From Acidobacteriota bacterium (GTDB lineage Bacteria; Acidobacteriota; UBA6911; RPQK01; JADFOI01), in assembly GCA_963663035.1 (NCBI GenBank), contig OY760074.1:1376001-1440000 (forward strand): a stretch of 64,000 nt of DNA, written 5' to 3'. Below the pieces are notes generated by a model. It was not told the DNA's origin, did no database searches, and saw only the letters and a program-made list of their open reading frames with translations. A program made the translations under genes and the position numbers. Of this stretch, positions 59,916-64,000 are shown one piece after another. Every line of letters starts with the position of its first letter. Position 1 is the first letter of the stretch.

Positions 59916-60587
59916 GGCGCTCGCCGTAATGTACATTGGTGAGAGTTTAGTTAACCCCAACCGTCTTGTGGCTCGCGGGTAAGGGGAACAAAGCACAACG
60001 TTCGTAGTAATAGAAAGTCAAACCGGTCGACGCAGGACGAAAAAGACTGGGCCATCAAGGCCCTTGAGGAAATGAGAAGTAGCGGCGCCTCTCATCCGAT
60101 CCAGGACAAATCTCAGAAGTGTCGGGCTGAAACTTTATGGCCAGTGAGGTTGTAGCGCAGGAGAAGTCACTTTTACCAATGCTCTTCGAAGACACCCACG
60201 AGAGCGGAAGGATTGGGCCCATAGTGGGAGAAACTGTCTTTTTCCGCTTCCAATATCGCAGCACTTTCTATGGTCTTTGTACATTTACGGCCAAGATTGT
60301 CGAAGGAACAAACCAACCTCTTAGGCTGGATAGGTATTCCATTTCTCTGGAAACTTACGAGTTAAAGAAAGGAAAATGTTCTAGGCTTATGAGTGTCGCG
60401 GAAGTCTTTTTTACGGCGATGTTAGTGGCCTATTCCTCCCTTAGTCAGTTGCGAGCTGATCCGCGGTTTGAAGAATGACGATGCAGCAGTGTCCAAGCAA
60501 AAGCCATCATCCCTCCCGGCATGAAGGTCGGCTGCTCTGGACATTTCTGTTGGATGCTGAGAGAGATCCAAACCAGGAGGTTATCGA

Positions 60588-61463
60588 GTGACTAAGCCTG
60601 AAGCCGCAGTCGATCAGATGACCTACTTTGACGACATTGCACAAGATTATGAGCGGGTCCGTAGGACTGATGAGACACCCGACAACCTTATGGGTCGGTT
60701 GAGAGTTTTTTACTGTTTAGATCCTATGCAGCTAGTACTCTCTCCAATTTGTTCCAATCGGTACCTCCCGTGCCTTTGGCGTTTATCGACTGCTGGTTGT
60801 TGCCTTTATTTTTGTTTGGTTAGTTCTTTGATCGTCAATCTGAGTGCACAAAATCGAGAAGAGGAAAAGCTGCCTCCAACTAATCAAAATCCAATTCTTA
60901 GGGACTATTTTCGAAAAGACTTCACTTACATGGGAGACTCTACTGACTCACGGGATTCACCGACCGATCCCCGCGCCGAGGAGTTTATTGACCAACAGAT
61001 TGATGGTTATGTGTCGGAACTGAGTGAAAGGCTTGCTCTTTTGAAAGCCCACTTTGCCGAGGTCGAGCGAGAAAGAGAAGCAATCCTCGAGTTGACAGGC
61101 AGTCAGGAAAGTCGAGAGGCCAGGGTTCGCTTGAAGGATGCTCTCGAGCAGGTTGGAGACCAAGCAAAGGATCTTTGGAACATGCTTCGTCACGTTTTCA
61201 CGGAGCTGAAAGACAGAAGTGGTTTCAAACACCCGATCGACAACCAAGGCAAGGGCCTTGTGTTCCAAAAAGAGATCAAATTTATGCGTGAGCAGATCAG
61301 GAGAAGCGAGGCGAGAATCATTGAATACTTTTTCGAGCCAAACAACACAATCAAGGCCGAAGATCTCAGAGGCGGAAACATGCTGGTCCATTTATACCAG
61401 GTGCATCGAATGACCAGGGAATTGAGAGAGCATCTGAGGTCCTCCGAATTGGAGTGCTTTTGA
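60588..61463 (+). CDS. Hypothetical exported helical protein; start uncertain (possibly ~60726)
   Basis: Hydrophobic signal-like segment ending LSAQ, then a charged helical domain. Confidence 0.55.
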   Translation: MTKPEAAVDQMTYFDDIAQDYERVRRTDETPDNLMGRLRVFYCLDPMQLVLSPICSNRYLPCLWRLSTAGCCLYFCLVSSLIVNLSAQNREEEKLPPTNQNPILRDYFRKDFTYMGDSTDSRDSPTDPRAEEFIDQQIDGYVSELSERLALLKAHFAEVEREREAILELTGSQESREARVRLKDALEQVGDQAKDLWNMLRHVFTELKDRSGFKHPIDNQGKGLVFQKEIKFMREQIRRSEARIIEYFFEPNNTIKAEDLRGGNMLVHLYQVHRMTRELREHLRSSELECF

Positions 61464-61470
61464 GGCTAAC

Positions 61471-61761
61471 ATGACGAAGAAACTCTATGTTGGCGGCTTG
61501 CACCATCACGTAACAGGCGAGATACTCGACAACTTTTTCTCAGCTTACGGGACTGTAAAATCAGCTACTGTCACTACCGACAAAATAACCAATCTGTCAC
61601 GAGGCTTCGGTTTTGTCGAAATGAGTTCTGAGTCTGAGGCTCATGAAGCAATGGAGAACTTGGACGGCATTCAGTTTGAGGGACGGACTGTTAGGGTGTA
61701 TGAGGCACGGCCTAGGCCAGTTCAACGTCGTGGGAAGGTCTTCAGGCTGGATCGCTGGTAA
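61471..61761 (+). CDS. RRM RNA-binding protein
   Basis: KLYVGGL (RNP2), SRGFGFVEM (RNP1), V.EARPR. Confidence 0.92.
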   Translation: MTKKLYVGGLHHHVTGEILDNFFSAYGTVKSATVTTDKITNLSRGFGFVEMSSESEAHEAMENLDGIQFEGRTVRVYEARPRPVQRRGKVFRLDRW

Positions 61762-61892
61762 AGTCTCCCTGCGCTTGCGATGCTCAAATACTTCATTACG
61801 GCTGCACTTGACATGACAGTCTCCTCCTCGAATAGAGGGATGTCATTGGATACACCGAAAAACGCCGAGTGATTTTACGAGAGGAGAACCAA

Positions 61893-62393
61893 ATGATGCC
61901 AAAGGAGCCAACTATTAGGGTGAAAAAGGGGGTGGAATTCGCCGTTTCTCTCCGTAATCGTCCCCTCGCAGAGTTACTTGAAAAACTCGCCGCCATACAG
62001 GTAAACATCAAGGCCTTTATGTTGTACACGGGCTTTATCAGTAATATCCCGAATGTGTGCCTGGCTGGCGGGGCATGCAAGATGCTGATGGATAACGACG
62101 AGGTGGCCCGTAAAGCGTTTCGTGACCTCAATGTCGAGTTCTGGGAAGAAGAGGTTCTCCTGCTGAGAGCACTACAGCAGCCTGGGCTATTCGCGACTGT
62201 CCTGGGAAGTCTGGCCGAAGCCGGCCTCAACGTGAAAGATGGCTACGCAAGCGTTCCCTCTGGTCGAGAAGACGTGCTCATGGTTTTCTCCGTTTACGAC
62301 ATTGAAGGGAGCCTTTCGGTTTTCTCAACTGCTCTAAATAAATCGAGCGAACAGCCGTTCCATCTGGGGACAGCTGTTCCCCCATTTCGCTGA
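61893..62393 (+). CDS. ACT-domain protein
   Basis: V.L.NRP.LA..L..LA...VNI; PG..A.VL..LAEAG.N. Confidence 0.7.
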   Translation: MMPKEPTIRVKKGVEFAVSLRNRPLAELLEKLAAIQVNIKAFMLYTGFISNIPNVCLAGGACKMLMDNDEVARKAFRDLNVEFWEEEVLLLRALQQPGLFATVLGSLAEAGLNVKDGYASVPSGREDVLMVFSVYDIEGSLSVFSTALNKSSEQPFHLGTAVPPFR

Positions 62394-62712
62394 GAAGGAG
62401 ACCCGCCTGTACGACCCGGAGGATTTCCAAAGGCTGGAAGGAGAGTTTCCGGAATTGGCACTGGGGTCCTGAGATGAACTGTCGTTCGAGAAGCCGCTTT
62501 CCCGCGATCGTCTTCTGCACACCACGCGCCAGCGCAAATGCTCAACTTTTGCGTTCTATGGTGAGGAGGAGTTTTGGCGGGCCTATGCAACCTTTCGCTC
62601 GCGTCTGGGGTTCTGGAGTGACAGTTCTTACTTGGCCGAAATCGGGCTTATCGTCTTCCGACGCGGATGAAGGACTGAGTGGCTAAGAAAGACCGGCTGA
62701 GGTTCGGGCCGA

Positions 62713-63652
62713 ATGCACAGAAAAGGTACCGACATCTCAAAAGATCAATTGCCCAACCTTTCTCCCAAAATCATCTTCATCGCCATAGCCGTCCTTCTCG
62801 GGGTGGTGGTGGTTCTGGACAGTTTTTACCAGGTTCAGCCTGAAGAGGTGGGCGTCATCAGGCGTTTTGGCCAATACCAGGCGCCCCCCAGGCCTCCGGG
62901 TTTGCAGTTCAAGTTGTCCTTTATCGACACCGTGGTCAAAGTGCCGGTGCAAAGGCAACTCAAACAGGAGTTTGGATTTCGTACGCAAACGCCGGGTCGG
63001 CGCACCCTCTATTCTCCCCAGGACTATTTGGGGGAATCCCTGATGCTGACCGGCGACCTGAACGTGGCGGTGGTGGAATGGATTGTGCAATACCGGGTCT
63101 CGGATCCCTATGAGTATCTCTTTAAAGTGCGCAACGTGGAGGACACCTTTCGTGACCTGACTGAGGCGGTGATGCGAAAAGTTGTCGGGGATCGAACGGT
63201 CACCGAGGTTCTGACAGTGGGTCGTCAGGAGATCGAAACCACCGTAAAAGTGCAATAGCAGGAACTGTGCAATCAGTACGAAACGGGCATTACCATTGAT
63301 CAGGTGGTCTTACAGGATGTGAATCTGCCCGATCCTGTGTAAACCCTCCTGGAATGAGGTCAATCAGGCCCAGCAGACCATTTTGCAGGCCCAAGGGTAC
63401 GCGCTGGACCGAGTCAATCGTGCCCAAGGGGATGCCACCCGTTTCAAGGCGCTTTACGAAGCCTATCGTCGGGCCCCTCAGGTCACCCGCCGGCGCATGT
63501 ATCTGGAAACCATGGCCAAGGTGCTGCCGAGGATGGGCGGCAAGCTTTACATCGACAAAGATGTCGAGGGAGTGATGCCGCTGCTTCCCATGGAGACTTT
63601 GCGGGGCCTAACCACAGGAGATGGAGCAGCCAACAGGGGGTTTGATCAATAA
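62713..63652 (+). pseudogene. hflK: HflK (FtsH modulator) pseudogene
   Basis: V.PEE.GV..RFG, MLTGDLN...VEW.VQYR, Y.RAP.VTRRRMYLETM; TAG at 63256, frameshift and internal deletion. Confidence 0.85.
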
Positions 63653-63745
63653 GCAGGAGACTTCTTCCGGCTCTTTTTGCGGGACTGATTTTTTTTGGGC
63701 GCTGCCTGTTCGTGTATGAAACCAAACAGCTGATTATCACCGCAG
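63649..63745 (+). pseudogene. Short degenerate 5' remnant of hflC
   Basis: Hydrophobic stretch plus FVYETKQLIIT directly after hflK. Confidence 0.45.
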
Positions 63746-64000
63746 GATTACAGTTGACAGGGCCCAAAAGCGGACAGACATTCACCTCAGGTCGAAGGGG
63801 TGAAAGACAAACCTAATGAGCAATCAGTTATAGCGTGTCTCCGTATAAGGATTCTGTCGTCGGAATCAAGTTTCAGGGAAGGAGAGCGTTCCATGCGTGT
63901 GCAAACTGCACCAACCGACTCAGCGTCCACCTTGAAGAGGCGATTGTACTTCCAAATCAGCTTATGCATAATCCCAGCCAACCGGGCTTTGCCCAGAGTT

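Noticed and set aside
60137-60478. 113-aa ORF downstream of the nhaR divergent promoter
   Set aside because: No motif and only the first few codons are shared with the duplicate copy; coding status is unsupported.
63962-63977. TTATGCATAATCCCAG resembling an IS1380 end
   Set aside because: No CTAG flank, partner end or transposase remnant is visible, and it is at the window edge.

Overview
A 64-kb bacterial chromosomal window, probably from an Acidobacteriota-like organism (inferred from the kinase-TolB/TPR genes, DUF5916 and several DUF4440 genes), containing a heavily rearranged accessory region. 1-13.5 kb holds signalling kinases, hydrolases and small stress genes. 13.9-15.9 kb is a MerR/MerT metal operon with no merA and a hidden, probably selenocysteine-containing (GMT-UGA-SG-C) MerP/HMA gene that the ORF track misses. 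17.7-19.3 kb carries two tRNA-Asn 3'-half att scars. 19-44 kb is an IS-rich island (IS1380, IS6, IS3, two inverted IS5 copies, MITEs, plasmid parA remnants, dinB). Between the IS5 copies lies the top candidate for a new system: an operon with a C-box, a controller protein, a UvrD helicase/Fe-S PD-(D/E)XK nuclease fusion, an unknown REase-like protein and a pseudo-duplicated N4/N6 methyltransferase, convergent with GmrSD. 45-64 kb is an apparent NhaR regulon (four operator copies) with nhaA, terC, a baeRF/eRF1-like gene, a divergent RpoD-like sigma factor, microproteins, an IS1380-bracketed M28 peptidase, ilvD and decayed hflKC. All family assignments come from reading motifs by eye; no database search was run.
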